A DNA stretch of 64,000 bases, from positions 45,994-109,993 of the forward strand of contig JAADGH010000162.1 of the NCBI GenBank assembly GCA_013152475.1. The letters run 5' to 3'. The translations under genes were made by a program, and so were the position numbers. This document shows positions 44,578-53,352 of the stretch, one piece after another. The notes below the pieces were generated by a model. That model did no database searches, was not told the origin of the DNA, and saw only the letters and a program-made list of their open reading frames with translations. Source of the DNA: Planctomycetota bacterium (lineage in GTDB: Bacteria; Planctomycetota; Brocadiia; JAADGH01). How positions within the stretch are numbered: position 1 is the first letter of the stretch; each line of letters begins with the position of its first letter.

Positions 44578-45132
44578 ATGCAACGCCGTTTCACACTTCC
44601 GGTCTTGATGCTTTGTCTGCTTGTTGCGATGGGGTCCGCGCTGGGGTATTCCGAGTCGCCCAAGGAGACGATGGCGGCATGGTATCAAGCGCTGATGGAC
44701 AGCTACGAGATGCCGGCGGGCCGCCTGATGGATGCCGTAATAGGGTTCTACAGCGAGGACTTGCAGGACCAGTTCATGCCGGAGAAGTATACGGGGATGA
44801 CGCCGGAGGAGCGATCGCGCGCCGAGAGGGCAATGTCCAAGGCGGTGAACCTGCACCGGGAGTGGGGATCCTTTCTCGTGGCGAATGACTTCAAAGAGGG
44901 CAACTTCAAGTACGCCGAAGAACACACCGAGCAGGGGATTGCTACCGTGGTTGTCCGGTCGGACTCGAACTGCGTTCGTTCGTTTCGATTGATCCATGAG
45001 GGGAGCCGCGGCTGGGTAATTTCGCAGCTTGCATCGCCCAATCAGTACGCCGCGCTGGTTCGGGTCCTGATCATTGTTGCCGTGGCGGCCGTGGTAGTGG
45101 GGCTTATCGCCAAGAAGATGATCTTCTCCTGA
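44578..45132 (+). CDS. hypothetical exported protein with C-terminal membrane anchor
   Basis: ORF 44482..45132, preferred ATG 44578 (MQRRFTLPVLMLCLLVAMGSALG signal peptide). The C-terminus LVRVLIIVAVAAVVVGLIAKKMIFS is a TM helix plus a basic tail. Confidence 0.6.
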   Translation: MQRRFTLPVLMLCLLVAMGSALGYSESPKETMAAWYQALMDSYEMPAGRLMDAVIGFYSEDLQDQFMPEKYTGMTPEERSRAERAMSKAVNLHREWGSFLVANDFKEGNFKYAEEHTEQGIATVVVRSDSNCVRSFRLIHEGSRGWVISQLASPNQYAALVRVLIIVAVAAVVVGLIAKKMIFS

Positions 45133-45145
45133 TCCTGTCCCGCAC

Positions 45146-45300
45146 TCAGATGAGGGTTCCAATCACCTTCTTCGCTGCATTGAGGGCATGGGAATAACCG
45201 TCCCTATTGAGCGACCCGTACCCGTCGTATCCCACCTTCTTGATCGTTTCGATGCATGCCTTGAAGTCCACCATGCCCTTGCCCAGGGAGGGAACGATCT
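45146..45300 (-). pseudogene. 3'-terminal remnant of a xylose-isomerase-like TIM-barrel (sugar phosphate isomerase/epimerase) gene
   Basis: The hand-translated minus frame reads IVPSLGKGMVDFKACIETIKKVGYDGYGSLNRDGYSHALNAAKKVIGTLI-stop (stop 45146-45148). An in-frame TAG sits immediately upstream at ~45301-45303 and there is no start codon. The G.G.vDF....e.lk..GYdG motif is typical of that family's C-terminus. Confidence 0.55.
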
Positions 45301-45333
45301 ACCTGTCTTGGTCACATAATTATTTTATCCCAC

Positions 45334-45362
45334 TTGACTTACGCCCATTCGTGGTGTAGACT
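45334..45362 (+). promoter_or_regulatory. sigma70-like promoter TTGACT-17-TAGACT
   Basis: TTGACT 45334-45339, 17-nt spacer, TAGACT 45357-45362. GGAGG SD 8 nt before ATG 45443. Confidence 0.5.
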
Positions 45363-45442
45363 GAATTGACACATCTGTCTGATCGCGTCTTTGACCGTTG
45401 CCAAGCGTCACGCCATAGAGGGGAAGGGAAGGAGGTATTCCT

Positions 45443-46528
45443 ATGTCGAGCGAAGAGAGGCCGGGTCTGATCCTGTCGTTTGCCCACCTGCTCCGGGCCA
45501 TTACCGGGTTGATCTGGGTTTTCGTGATTGTGATTCTTCTCGCCGGTGTGGGGTGGGGGGTCATCGGCAGGTCGCGCCATGCCGGCGGCAGGGAACATGC
45601 CGTGCGAACGAAGTCGATACCGAAGCCCATCGACTGGGCGCAGGTGGACGCAGAAATCGTCGCGTCCATGAAAAAGGCGCACGCGGAGGCGGAAGTGTAT
45701 GCGTCGAGGGCGCTCGATGTGTGGGAGGCGAGGCTGATGCGGCGGGTGGATAACGAATTTCTGGGGTGGTTCTTCGGATACTTCAACCAGCAAATCCTCG
45801 GCCTGAAGGGCCTCGGCTACCAGGCCCTGCACTGGTGGGACGGCGACCGGCCGACGGCCGCCGAACGACTGACCGAGGAATTCCAGGAGGAATTTGCGAA
45901 GCGCGTGCTTCGTCCGCAAATCGCACAGATCGAGATGGAGCGCATCGCGCAGAGGTCGGTGGAGGTCTATGCGGACCGCCTCCGGTCCTCTCTCGCCGTC
46001 CTCCCGGCGAAGTACAACATCCCGAAGCCGGACTGGGAGCGGCACCTGCATGATATGGCGGTGATCGCCGAGGGGGTGGAGGGCAACCGCGAAGTGGCGC
46101 TCACGATGAAGGCCCTCACCGTCTCGACGGTGGCGACGGCCGTCGTGCTGGGCAAGGTGCTCCAGGGCAGCCTGCGGCGCGTGGCCACGCGGGTGTCTCG
46201 GAAGGTCTCCGGGCGGATGGTCTCGAAGGCGGCGGGCAGGCTGGCGGCGAAGACCGGCGGCAAGGTCGGGGCGGAGCTGGGCGGCAAGTTTCTCGGCCCG
46301 ATCATTGGGGCGGGGATCATCCTGTGGGACATCTACGACCACCACCGCACGAAAAAGATCGAACAGCCGATCCTGCGCCAGAACATCGCCGACTACCTGG
46401 ACGAGACGAAGCACATGCTACTGACCGACCCGGAGACCGGCATCCTGTCGCCGATCCACCAGATCGAGGAGACCGTAATCGAGTCAACGAGGCAGGTGGC
46501 GAGCGCGGAGGGCGCGCAGGCGGGATAG
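45443..46528 (+). CDS. hypothetical membrane protein
   Basis: N-terminal TM (ITGLIWVFVIVILLAGVGWGVIG), a central helical A/E/R-rich region, and a C-terminal TM (FLGPIIGAGIILW). Good SD. The antisense ORF 45320..46414 is R/H/P-rich and rejected. Confidence 0.65.
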   Translation: MSSEERPGLILSFAHLLRAITGLIWVFVIVILLAGVGWGVIGRSRHAGGREHAVRTKSIPKPIDWAQVDAEIVASMKKAHAEAEVYASRALDVWEARLMRRVDNEFLGWFFGYFNQQILGLKGLGYQALHWWDGDRPTAAERLTEEFQEEFAKRVLRPQIAQIEMERIAQRSVEVYADRLRSSLAVLPAKYNIPKPDWERHLHDMAVIAEGVEGNREVALTMKALTVSTVATAVVLGKVLQGSLRRVATRVSRKVSGRMVSKAAGRLAAKTGGKVGAELGGKFLGPIIGAGIILWDIYDHHRTKKIEQPILRQNIADYLDETKHMLLTDPETGILSPIHQIEETVIESTRQVASAEGAQAG

Positions 46529-46532
46529 GCGG

Positions 46533-47978
46533 TCAGCTCAGTTCCTGGAGCACGAAGTCGAGGACCTCCGGCGTGGGGCGGAGGAACCGGCGGGCAAGGC
46601 CCTCCATGAGACCCTCCCGGACCGCCTCGAAGCGCAGGCTGAGGACGGGCTCGGTGACGGAGACGCGGGCGAGGCCCCAGCCGTCGGCGTAGTCGATGCG
46701 CACGCCGTCCACCCGGCGGACGCGCTGGTCCCTGCCGGCGCCGGCGGCGATCCTCTCCACGATCTCGGCCGCTTTCCGGTTGTCGCACGGCATGCGGAGC
46801 TTCGGGCTGATGTGGTAGCTCGGGACGTCGTCCGCAAGCTCCGAGAGGGAGCGTCCCTCGCGGAGGAGCATCTGCCCCATGAGGAGCCCGGAGTAGAACC
46901 CGTCGTCGCCGCCATGGAGCGCGCGGTAGAAGAAATGCCCGCTGATCTCTCCGCCGTAGAGGGCGTCCTCGGCGAGCATCCGGGTCTTGATGAAGGCATG
47001 GCCCGCCTTTTCGAGGAGCGGCTCGCCGCCGCGTGCCTCGATCTGCTCGGGGACGATGCGGGAGCAGTTCACCTCGTAGACCACTTTCTCCCGAACGCCC
47101 GGTCGCGCCTGCGTGGCGAGGGTATGTCTTCCGAGGAGGACGATGGCCTTGTCCACGTTCACCTTTCGGCCCCTGTTATCGACGAACACGACCCGGTCGC
47201 CGTCGCCGTCAAAGGCCATGCCGTAGTCGGCCCTTTTCGAGCGCACTGCCGTGCAGAGCGCTTCGAGCGCGTCGCGGGTCGGATCGGGGGAGCGGTTCGG
47301 GAAACGCCCGTCCGGCTCGCAGAAAAGGGGGATGACGTCGATGCCCAGGCCGGCCATGATCTGTGGGGCGATGGCGGAGTAGCCGCCGTTCCCGCAATCG
47401 ACGGCAACGCAAAGGGGCATACGATCCCGAAATTGGTCGCGAATGAACTGACCGTAACGCTGCCTGAAGTCTTCCCTCCGCACGGACCCCTTCCCTGTCT
47501 CGAAGTCACCGCTCGCCACGATCTCGGCGAGGCGATCGATCTGGTCGGGCCGAACCGGCATGGATGAGAGGCAGAGCTTCAGTCCGTTGAACTGCGGGGG
47601 ATTGTGGGAGGCCGTGACGGTGGCGCAGGCATCGGAGTGGAGTTTTGCAAATGCAAAATAGAAGAGCGGCGTTGGGACGATGCCGATATCGACGACCTTT
47701 GCCCCGCCCGCGGCCATCCCCCCGACGAGGCCCTCCTTGAGTGCGGGGGTGCTCGTGCGCAGATCGCCGGCGACGAGGATGGTGGGGCTGGGTCTGCCGC
47801 CGTCCCGGATCAGAAGGGTGGCCATGGCCTGGCCGACGCGCTTCATGATGTCGTCGGTCAGGTCGTCGCCGTAGACGCCTCGGAGATCGCAGGGTTTGAA
47901 GATGCTCAATCGAGTACGGCGTCTTCCTTCCGGGTTTATCTTACGCGTCGCTTTCCCGTGCCGCCGCAGTGGCCGCAC
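46533..47978 (-). CDS. phosphomannomutase/phosphoglucomutase (alpha-D-phosphohexomutase superfamily)
   Basis: Active-site loop CATVTASHNPPQFNGLKL, N-terminus IFKPCDLRGVYG, metal loop AFDGDGDRVVFVD, sugar loop GGEISGHFFY. The start may be TTG 47909 (GGAAGGAAG upstream) rather than 47978, which would overlap the upstream gene. Confidence 0.9.
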   Translation of the reverse strand: MRPLRRHGKATRKINPEGRRRTRLSIFKPCDLRGVYGDDLTDDIMKRVGQAMATLLIRDGGRPSPTILVAGDLRTSTPALKEGLVGGMAAGGAKVVDIGIVPTPLFYFAFAKLHSDACATVTASHNPPQFNGLKLCLSSMPVRPDQIDRLAEIVASGDFETGKGSVRREDFRQRYGQFIRDQFRDRMPLCVAVDCGNGGYSAIAPQIMAGLGIDVIPLFCEPDGRFPNRSPDPTRDALEALCTAVRSKRADYGMAFDGDGDRVVFVDNRGRKVNVDKAIVLLGRHTLATQARPGVREKVVYEVNCSRIVPEQIEARGGEPLLEKAGHAFIKTRMLAEDALYGGEISGHFFYRALHGGDDGFYSGLLMGQMLLREGRSLSELADDVPSYHISPKLRMPCDNRKAAEIVERIAAGAGRDQRVRRVDGVRIDYADGWGLARVSVTEPVLSLRFEAVREGLMEGLARRFLRPTPEVLDFVLQELS

Positions 47979-50890
47979 GGTATGGTGTGGTTTTTGTCAC
48001 AGTGCCGGCACCTTACGTTGACCTCGCCGGTACCCTTGCAGGTCTTGCAGGTTTCCTTGCCGGTGCCGTTGCAGGCCCGGCAGATGGGTTTGCCCACTCC
48101 CTTGCAGGCATTGCAGATGATCTGTCGTGCGCCCTTGCAGAGAGGGCATGGCTTCCCATCAATCCGGCCGGCGCCTTTGCATTTGGGGCAGTCGAATTTC
48201 CCCTTCCCCTTGCACCGAGGACAGGGGGTGTTGACAGGGGCCTTGCCCGTGCCCCCACAGTTCGGGCAGGGGATACGCCCCGTGCCCTTGCAATCTCGAC
48301 AGGTGACCCATATATCCTCGTCAACTCGATTGCCCTTGCCGCCGCAAACCTTGCAGGGCACTTTGCCGCTGCCCCCGCACGCCTGGCAGACCCCTCTGGT
48401 CTTGCTGTTCTGACCGGTGCCTCGACATTTCGGGCACCGTTCGTTTGTGCGGCCGGTGCCGTTGCAGGCCGTGCACTGGACGTAGGGGTGGATCTTGCCC
48501 TTGCCTTTGCAGGTGACGCATTCGATGGTGCCTCGGGTGCCGCATGTTCCACAGTTGCCCTGCCGGACACGTGTCCCCCGGCAGACCGAGCAGGCGCACT
48601 TGCCCGTGCCGTTGCAGATGGGACAGCGGGTCTTTTCGGCCCGGAACCCCGTGCCGTTGCAGTATGGGCAGGGCAGGCGCTTCTTGCCGAGGCAAAAGGG
48701 GCACATCTCAGTCGCGCCGGCCTCGACCGAGGCCGCGGTCAAATCGGCAGGGGAGAGTTTGTCGGGTAGTTTCTTTTCGCCCAGCACGGCGCCGGCCAAT
48801 TTTTTCTGCAATGCCGCATCGGACTCAACGGCGGCATCGCTGAAGTAGAATTTTAGTTTTCCAAGGGCGGCGAGGGCGTGCACGTACATGCCCTGGCTCC
48901 AGTGTTTTACCGCCTCGGCGTAGAGGCCCTGTGCCTCCTCTCTGTTCAGCGCCGCTGCGGGGATCTCCTTTCTTTCGATCTGCGCCACGTCGTCCATGTT
49001 AAGGAGCCTGTTCACGGTGCGGCCGTCGACGTCGGTGACCTCCACCTTGAGAGTCTTGTCCGTACGCTTGGTCACCTTCCCCCTGATAACGTTCTTGGTT
49101 TTCAGGCGGATGAGATCGAACGACTTGCCCTGTTCCACGCGCGGGGGAGGATAGGCTTTCGGATCGGTCTTGATCCTCTGCGCGATCGCTGCCTTCTTCT
49201 CCTGGGCCTCTTTGTGGAGTTTTTTGTGGTCTTGGGAGGAGAGGTAGTAGTCATAGGTTGCCCACAAGGCATACGGGTTCTTGAACTTGGCGCAGATTGC
49301 GAGGAATTGTTTGGCCTCGGCCTCACGCCTTTCGGCGCCTTGCACCTTCGTGGCAGCGGCCTTGTTCGCCGCCGAGACATTGCGCGCCTCGGCGGCCTTC
49401 AACAGCCTCTTTTCCACATAGCGGGTGTTGCTCACGTCGGGCATGGCCTTCCAGTAGGCCTCCCGCGCTTCCGCCCATTGCTTGCCGGTTTCCAGTTTGC
49501 CGGCGGCAAGGACGAACCGTACCGCCGTAAGCTTCATTTCAAGCCTTCGTGCGAGCGTCTTATCGGGCCACGTGTCCTTCCCGAGCTTGGCAAGGCCGTC
49601 GGCGTAGAGCTGCTCTGCACGCCGCCAGTCCCCCTGGAGCTCGCGCTGCTTCGCCAATTCCGCCTTCTTCAGCACCTCGCGGCACCGCGTCTCGGTGTCG
49701 GGGGCCTTCTTCGCCTCCTTCACGGCGTTTGGAGTGAACCAGGGCGTGTTCAGATCGAAAAGCAGACCGCTCACGAACGTCGTCTTCCATGCGACAGTGT
49801 CCGGGTCGGGAATGGGCGCCCAGGTGTTGCCGTCGCTCCCCTTCCCCGATGTCAGCTCCTTGCCAAACCCTACGCTGTCGGCGTAGGCGGCGCCGGGATC
49901 GGGGCCCGCGTCGCCCTCGTATGGTCGGGCATCCATTTTTGTGAAATACACCTTGCCGTTCTGGTCGACGATGTAGGCATGAATTCCATCGGCGTAGCGC
50001 ACCTCGGGCCAGGCATAGCAGATGAAGGACTTTTCCTGAAGCTCCACGGCGGCCTTGTCATCCAACATCTTGCCGGGCCTCTCAGGTGTGCCGCCGAGGG
50101 TGTGGTCATCGCCGCCTTTTGCGCCGTTAGTGGCCAAGAACATGCGGAAGCGATACCCCTGGCAGCGCGCTGCGCCATCGCCCTCCGCGCCCCCGGTCGC
50201 AAAGACGTACGACAGATCGCCCTTCTTCGAGGTCAACTTGCTGGCGGGATCGCGAAGGCAGACCTCGTTGACCAGCTCCGCCAGCAGGCCGTACTCGCCG
50301 AGGCCGTTGTCGTTCTGGTCCACAAGGGCCTTGCGCCGGAATGCCTTCTGCGCGCCGGCGATCTTCGCGAGGTCCTTGACGACCCTTCGCTCGTTGCCCG
50401 CGACGACGCCGGCAATCTTGTAGGAGGTGAGGGCCTTGCTCGCGACAAGCACAATCACAGCAATGATTGCGGCGGCAATGCCCAGGCCGATCAGAAGGCG
50501 CAGCGCACGGGCGGCCCCTGCAAACCGGAAGCCGCCGACGCGGGTGGCGCCCTGCACCCCGGTCAGGATGTTCGTACCGCAGGCCACACAAACGACGGTG
50601 CCTTTGGCGACCATCGTCCCGCAATTGGGGCATTTGACCTGCTCTTGGGGTTTCTTTTGCGTCCTGGGCGCCGGTTCCTTCTTCGTCTCTTTTTCACTCT
50701 TGGGCGGGGATTTCTTCTCTCCCGATTTCGGGTCGGAGGCCTTCTGCTTCGACGTTGTTTCGGTCTTCTTCTCGGAGGAGGGAACCGTCAGAGATTCTCC
50801 ACACGCGGGACATTTGCCCTGTTTTCCGGCGAATTCGTCCTTGAGCACAAACTGCTTCCCGCACTCTTCGCACTTGACCTTGATCGGCAT
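47936..50890 (-). CDS. 984-aa membrane protein: two N-terminal zinc ribbons, one TM, pseudopilin/DUF2950-like domain, helical repeats and a C-terminal array of 20 CxxC (DnaJ CR-type) motifs
   Basis: Preferred ATG 50890 (MPIKVKCEECGKQF...CPACG; then CPNCG...CVACG). TM LLIGLGIAAAIIAVIVLVA. DNGLGEYGLL...YRFRMFLATNG...FICYAWPEVRYADGIHAYIVDQNGKVYF is pilin-like. The last ~255 aa (47939-48703) hold 20 CxxC motifs, about 16 of them as CxxCxGxG. Confidence 0.8.
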   Translation of the reverse strand: MPIKVKCEECGKQFVLKDEFAGKQGKCPACGESLTVPSSEKKTETTSKQKASDPKSGEKKSPPKSEKETKKEPAPRTQKKPQEQVKCPNCGTMVAKGTVVCVACGTNILTGVQGATRVGGFRFAGAARALRLLIGLGIAAAIIAVIVLVASKALTSYKIAGVVAGNERRVVKDLAKIAGAQKAFRRKALVDQNDNGLGEYGLLAELVNEVCLRDPASKLTSKKGDLSYVFATGGAEGDGAARCQGYRFRMFLATNGAKGGDDHTLGGTPERPGKMLDDKAAVELQEKSFICYAWPEVRYADGIHAYIVDQNGKVYFTKMDARPYEGDAGPDPGAAYADSVGFGKELTSGKGSDGNTWAPIPDPDTVAWKTTFVSGLLFDLNTPWFTPNAVKEAKKAPDTETRCREVLKKAELAKQRELQGDWRRAEQLYADGLAKLGKDTWPDKTLARRLEMKLTAVRFVLAAGKLETGKQWAEAREAYWKAMPDVSNTRYVEKRLLKAAEARNVSAANKAAATKVQGAERREAEAKQFLAICAKFKNPYALWATYDYYLSSQDHKKLHKEAQEKKAAIAQRIKTDPKAYPPPRVEQGKSFDLIRLKTKNVIRGKVTKRTDKTLKVEVTDVDGRTVNRLLNMDDVAQIERKEIPAAALNREEAQGLYAEAVKHWSQGMYVHALAALGKLKFYFSDAAVESDAALQKKLAGAVLGEKKLPDKLSPADLTAASVEAGATEMCPFCLGKKRLPCPYCNGTGFRAEKTRCPICNGTGKCACSVCRGTRVRQGNCGTCGTRGTIECVTCKGKGKIHPYVQCTACNGTGRTNERCPKCRGTGQNSKTRGVCQACGGSGKVPCKVCGGKGNRVDEDIWVTCRDCKGTGRIPCPNCGGTGKAPVNTPCPRCKGKGKFDCPKCKGAGRIDGKPCPLCKGARQIICNACKGVGKPICRACNGTGKETCKTCKGTGEVNVRCRHCDKNHTIPCGHCGGTGKRRVR

Positions 50891-50999
50891 GATTCGATCC
50901 TCGCGAGCCTTTTCAACGTTCCATTGCACTTTTATTATCGCTTTGCAATGGCTTGAAATCAAGCGATATTATCGTGGCGTTTCACAGAAAGACGTGTGC

Positions 51000-51028
51000 T
51001 TGCGAAAAGCGGGGCCATGGGGTACAAT
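51000..51028 (+). promoter_or_regulatory. sigma70-like promoter TTGCGA-17-TACAAT
   Basis: TTGCGA 51000-51005, 17-nt spacer, TACAAT 51023-51028, 40 nt upstream of ATG 51068. Confidence 0.5.
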
Positions 51029-51067
51029 AAAGGCAGAGGATCGCGGGTGCGTCAATGACAATGCGAC

Positions 51068-51523
51068 ATGGGAGTGATAAGGGTGAAGAGAGTCATTTTA
51101 TGTCTGTTTGTTTCCTGCCTGTTCGCTCAATCGGCTGTTCCCCTTCTCGGCCAGGAGGGGGGGTACTACGCGAGGCGGAAATATCTCGGCCGGACGCCAA
51201 CCCCCTTCGGCTGGGGGACGGTGGTCAGTGAGGAGTACTACGTGCCGGTCTATGTGGACCCGGTGATCCGGTATCGCTACCCGGCCTGGCAGGCCGTGGG
51301 CGACGGGGTCCATACCAAGCGGATCGGCGAGGCGGGATGGCGACTGCAGAAGATCGGGAACCAACTGTACGTTTTCGGTCCCGGCGTCTATTGGGGAAAT
51401 CCGATGCCCTTTGCGTATGGTCCGGGGGGGGTTGTGGTTGCGGCGCGGGGCCAGTGGCACACCACGGTCCCCATCGCAGGGAGCCTTTTTACGTTCTTCT
51501 TCGATCTTGCCCTTCGGTTTTGA
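51068..51523 (+). CDS. small secreted hypothetical protein
   Basis: VKRVILCLFVSCLFAQSAVPLLG signal-like N-terminus; Y/G/P/W-rich mature part. The start is ATG 51068 or GTG 51083. Confidence 0.5.
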   Translation: MGVIRVKRVILCLFVSCLFAQSAVPLLGQEGGYYARRKYLGRTPTPFGWGTVVSEEYYVPVYVDPVIRYRYPAWQAVGDGVHTKRIGEAGWRLQKIGNQLYVFGPGVYWGNPMPFAYGPGGVVVAARGQWHTTVPIAGSLFTFFFDLALRF

Positions 51524-52040
51524 TGTGCCGCACATTCGCGGGGCGGACATGGCGTACAAAAGCGCGGCCTTGGCTTGCAAAAACCAAGGCCGCGGTGCCC
51601 GGGTTGCCCCTGGCCGGGCCTTCGCGGGCCCGGCCAAGTCTATGTCATGTCTGCCCCTGCCTCTTTTTCCCCCGCCTGCGCTTGCGGCGCAAGGCGGGGC
51701 GAACAAGAAATGGAGAACTGCGCACCCCTCTTGAATAGCAAGGTGTATGCCACAGGAGGGAATGCCGGGGCCGGTTTGTCGTAACCGGCGAGAGTTAGCA
51801 ATGCTATGCCGTGAATCGGCCGCAGTTAAAAAACGTTAACACGAAACAAAGTGACGCTGAGCGTCACTTTCCCCGGAATGGGACCGTGAAAAGTGACAAA
51901 AAACGTCAGTCCGTGGCTGCCTTGTGCACGTGCACAGAGGTACAAACACGGACATTTGGCTTGTTTTTTATTGGACATATGATACACTGTCATTCTGGGA
52001 ATCGACTCCATCGTATCTTGAAAAACTCGAGGTGGTCACG

Positions 52041-53288
52041 ATGAAGAACCTGTTTGCTGCACTGCTTTCCGCCCTGCTTCTGTCCGTCGGCCAGGCCTCC
52101 GCCCAGACGGTGAAAGAACTCCTCAAAGACGCCAAGCCGGCCAAGGGCGCTGGAGAGAAACTGATCGAGGAGGCCAAGCGGCCGCGGTATTACCCCTTCA
52201 AGCTGGATGCCGCCATCCCCGTGTATGTCCGATCGGTTGCCGCGGATGAGCGGGGGAATCGGTTCTCTGTCCTGGAGGTCCGGTCGTTGCGGTTCACCAT
52301 GGACCCACGGGACAATCATCTCACCGCCGTGGCCTCCATTATGAAGGTCGGTGTGGCGTCTGTGGTGCGGACGATTCACGTCGCCCTGTTCGATGGGCAC
52401 AAACGGCTGATCGGGACGGGCTCGTGTAAACAGCGCATCAAGAGGTTCCGAACCCGCAACACGCCGGTGGGCACACCAGCGGATGTGACCATCGACTTCG
52501 GTATGTCGCCCCGCTACTATGCCGTGGACAGTTTCCAGGTGGTCGTCTCCGGTCGAGGCCGGAGCGAATACCGTTATGTCGACAAAGACACCGACGAACT
52601 CATCCGCCGGCTGGGTGATGAAAACCACCCCGAGGCCCAACGCGACGCCGTGATATGGCTGACGCGCTTTGGCGCGCCGGTGATCCCTCGCCTCGCCGTG
52701 CTCGCCCAAGGCGACAAGGCGGCGGCGGAGCCGGCCATCCGGATCATCGGCGATATTGGCGGGGAGGAAGCGGTGGATGCGCTCGCAAGCGTCCTGCTCG
52801 ATGCGCAGCGGCCCGATAATCAGCGTGTACTGGCCGCTGTGGGCCTGGGCAACACAGGCGAAGCCGGGGTAAAGATCCTGGCCAAGGGCCTCAAGCCGGA
52901 CCAGCCGGCGGCGGTACTGGCAGGCATCTTTTTCGGCTTGGCCCGCTCCCACAGCAAGCTGGCCGCCGAGATCCTGGTCGGCTGCTTGAAGGACCCCAAG
53001 GACTACTACGGGAAGACACGCGCGCGGCTGATCGCAAGCATCCAGGAACTCGGCGATCCGATCGCCATCCCTGCGCTCATTGAGGCGCTGCGCGATCCCG
53101 CCCCCCGTGTGCGCCCCCTGGCCGCAAGGACCCTGGAAAGTCTGGCAAAGCATTCCATTCCCGTCAAAGGGACGGGGGCCGGCTCCAGCGAAGGGGCCTG
53201 GCTGAACGCCTCTCTGGAGGCGCGCGAAGCGACCGTGAAGGAGTGGGAAAAATGGTGGGAGGAGAACAAGAGCAGATTCGCGAAGTAG
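52041..53288 (+). CDS. secreted HEAT-repeat (PBS-lyase-like repeat) protein
   Basis: Preferred ATG 52041 after GAGGTGG (MKNLFAALLSALLLSVGQASA signal peptide). The C-terminal half has HEAT-like repeats (..AVIWLTRFGAPVIPRL.., IIGDIGGEEAVDAL, IQELGDPIAIPALIEALRDPAPRVR). Confidence 0.75.
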   Translation: MKNLFAALLSALLLSVGQASAQTVKELLKDAKPAKGAGEKLIEEAKRPRYYPFKLDAAIPVYVRSVAADERGNRFSVLEVRSLRFTMDPRDNHLTAVASIMKVGVASVVRTIHVALFDGHKRLIGTGSCKQRIKRFRTRNTPVGTPADVTIDFGMSPRYYAVDSFQVVVSGRGRSEYRYVDKDTDELIRRLGDENHPEAQRDAVIWLTRFGAPVIPRLAVLAQGDKAAAEPAIRIIGDIGGEEAVDALASVLLDAQRPDNQRVLAAVGLGNTGEAGVKILAKGLKPDQPAAVLAGIFFGLARSHSKLAAEILVGCLKDPKDYYGKTRARLIASIQELGDPIAIPALIEALRDPAPRVRPLAARTLESLAKHSIPVKGTGAGSSEGAWLNASLEAREATVKEWEKWWEENKSRFAK

Positions 53289-53352
53289 TCGCTGCGGTTG
53301 GGCGTCTTCGTGTGTCGGTCTGAATCTGCTTGAAAGAGAGAAACTCCCACAA

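Noticed and set aside
44317-45162. N-terminal 281-aa extension of track ORF 42724..45162
   Set aside because: The extension runs through the divergent promoter region and antisense to gene 44578-45132, and is R/H/P-rich. The radical SAM family N-terminus (MKALLFAMPD...) begins at ATG 44316.
45320-46414. 364-aa minus-strand ORF
   Set aside because: R/H/P/D-rich with no motifs. The plus-strand partner has an SD, a promoter and TM helices.
48878-50956. 692-aa plus-strand ORF antisense to the zinc-finger-array protein (also 47969..48769 and 47604..48413)
   Set aside because: Shadow frames of a Cys/Gly/Lys-codon-rich gene. The minus frame has coherent domains and CxxCxGxG periodicity.
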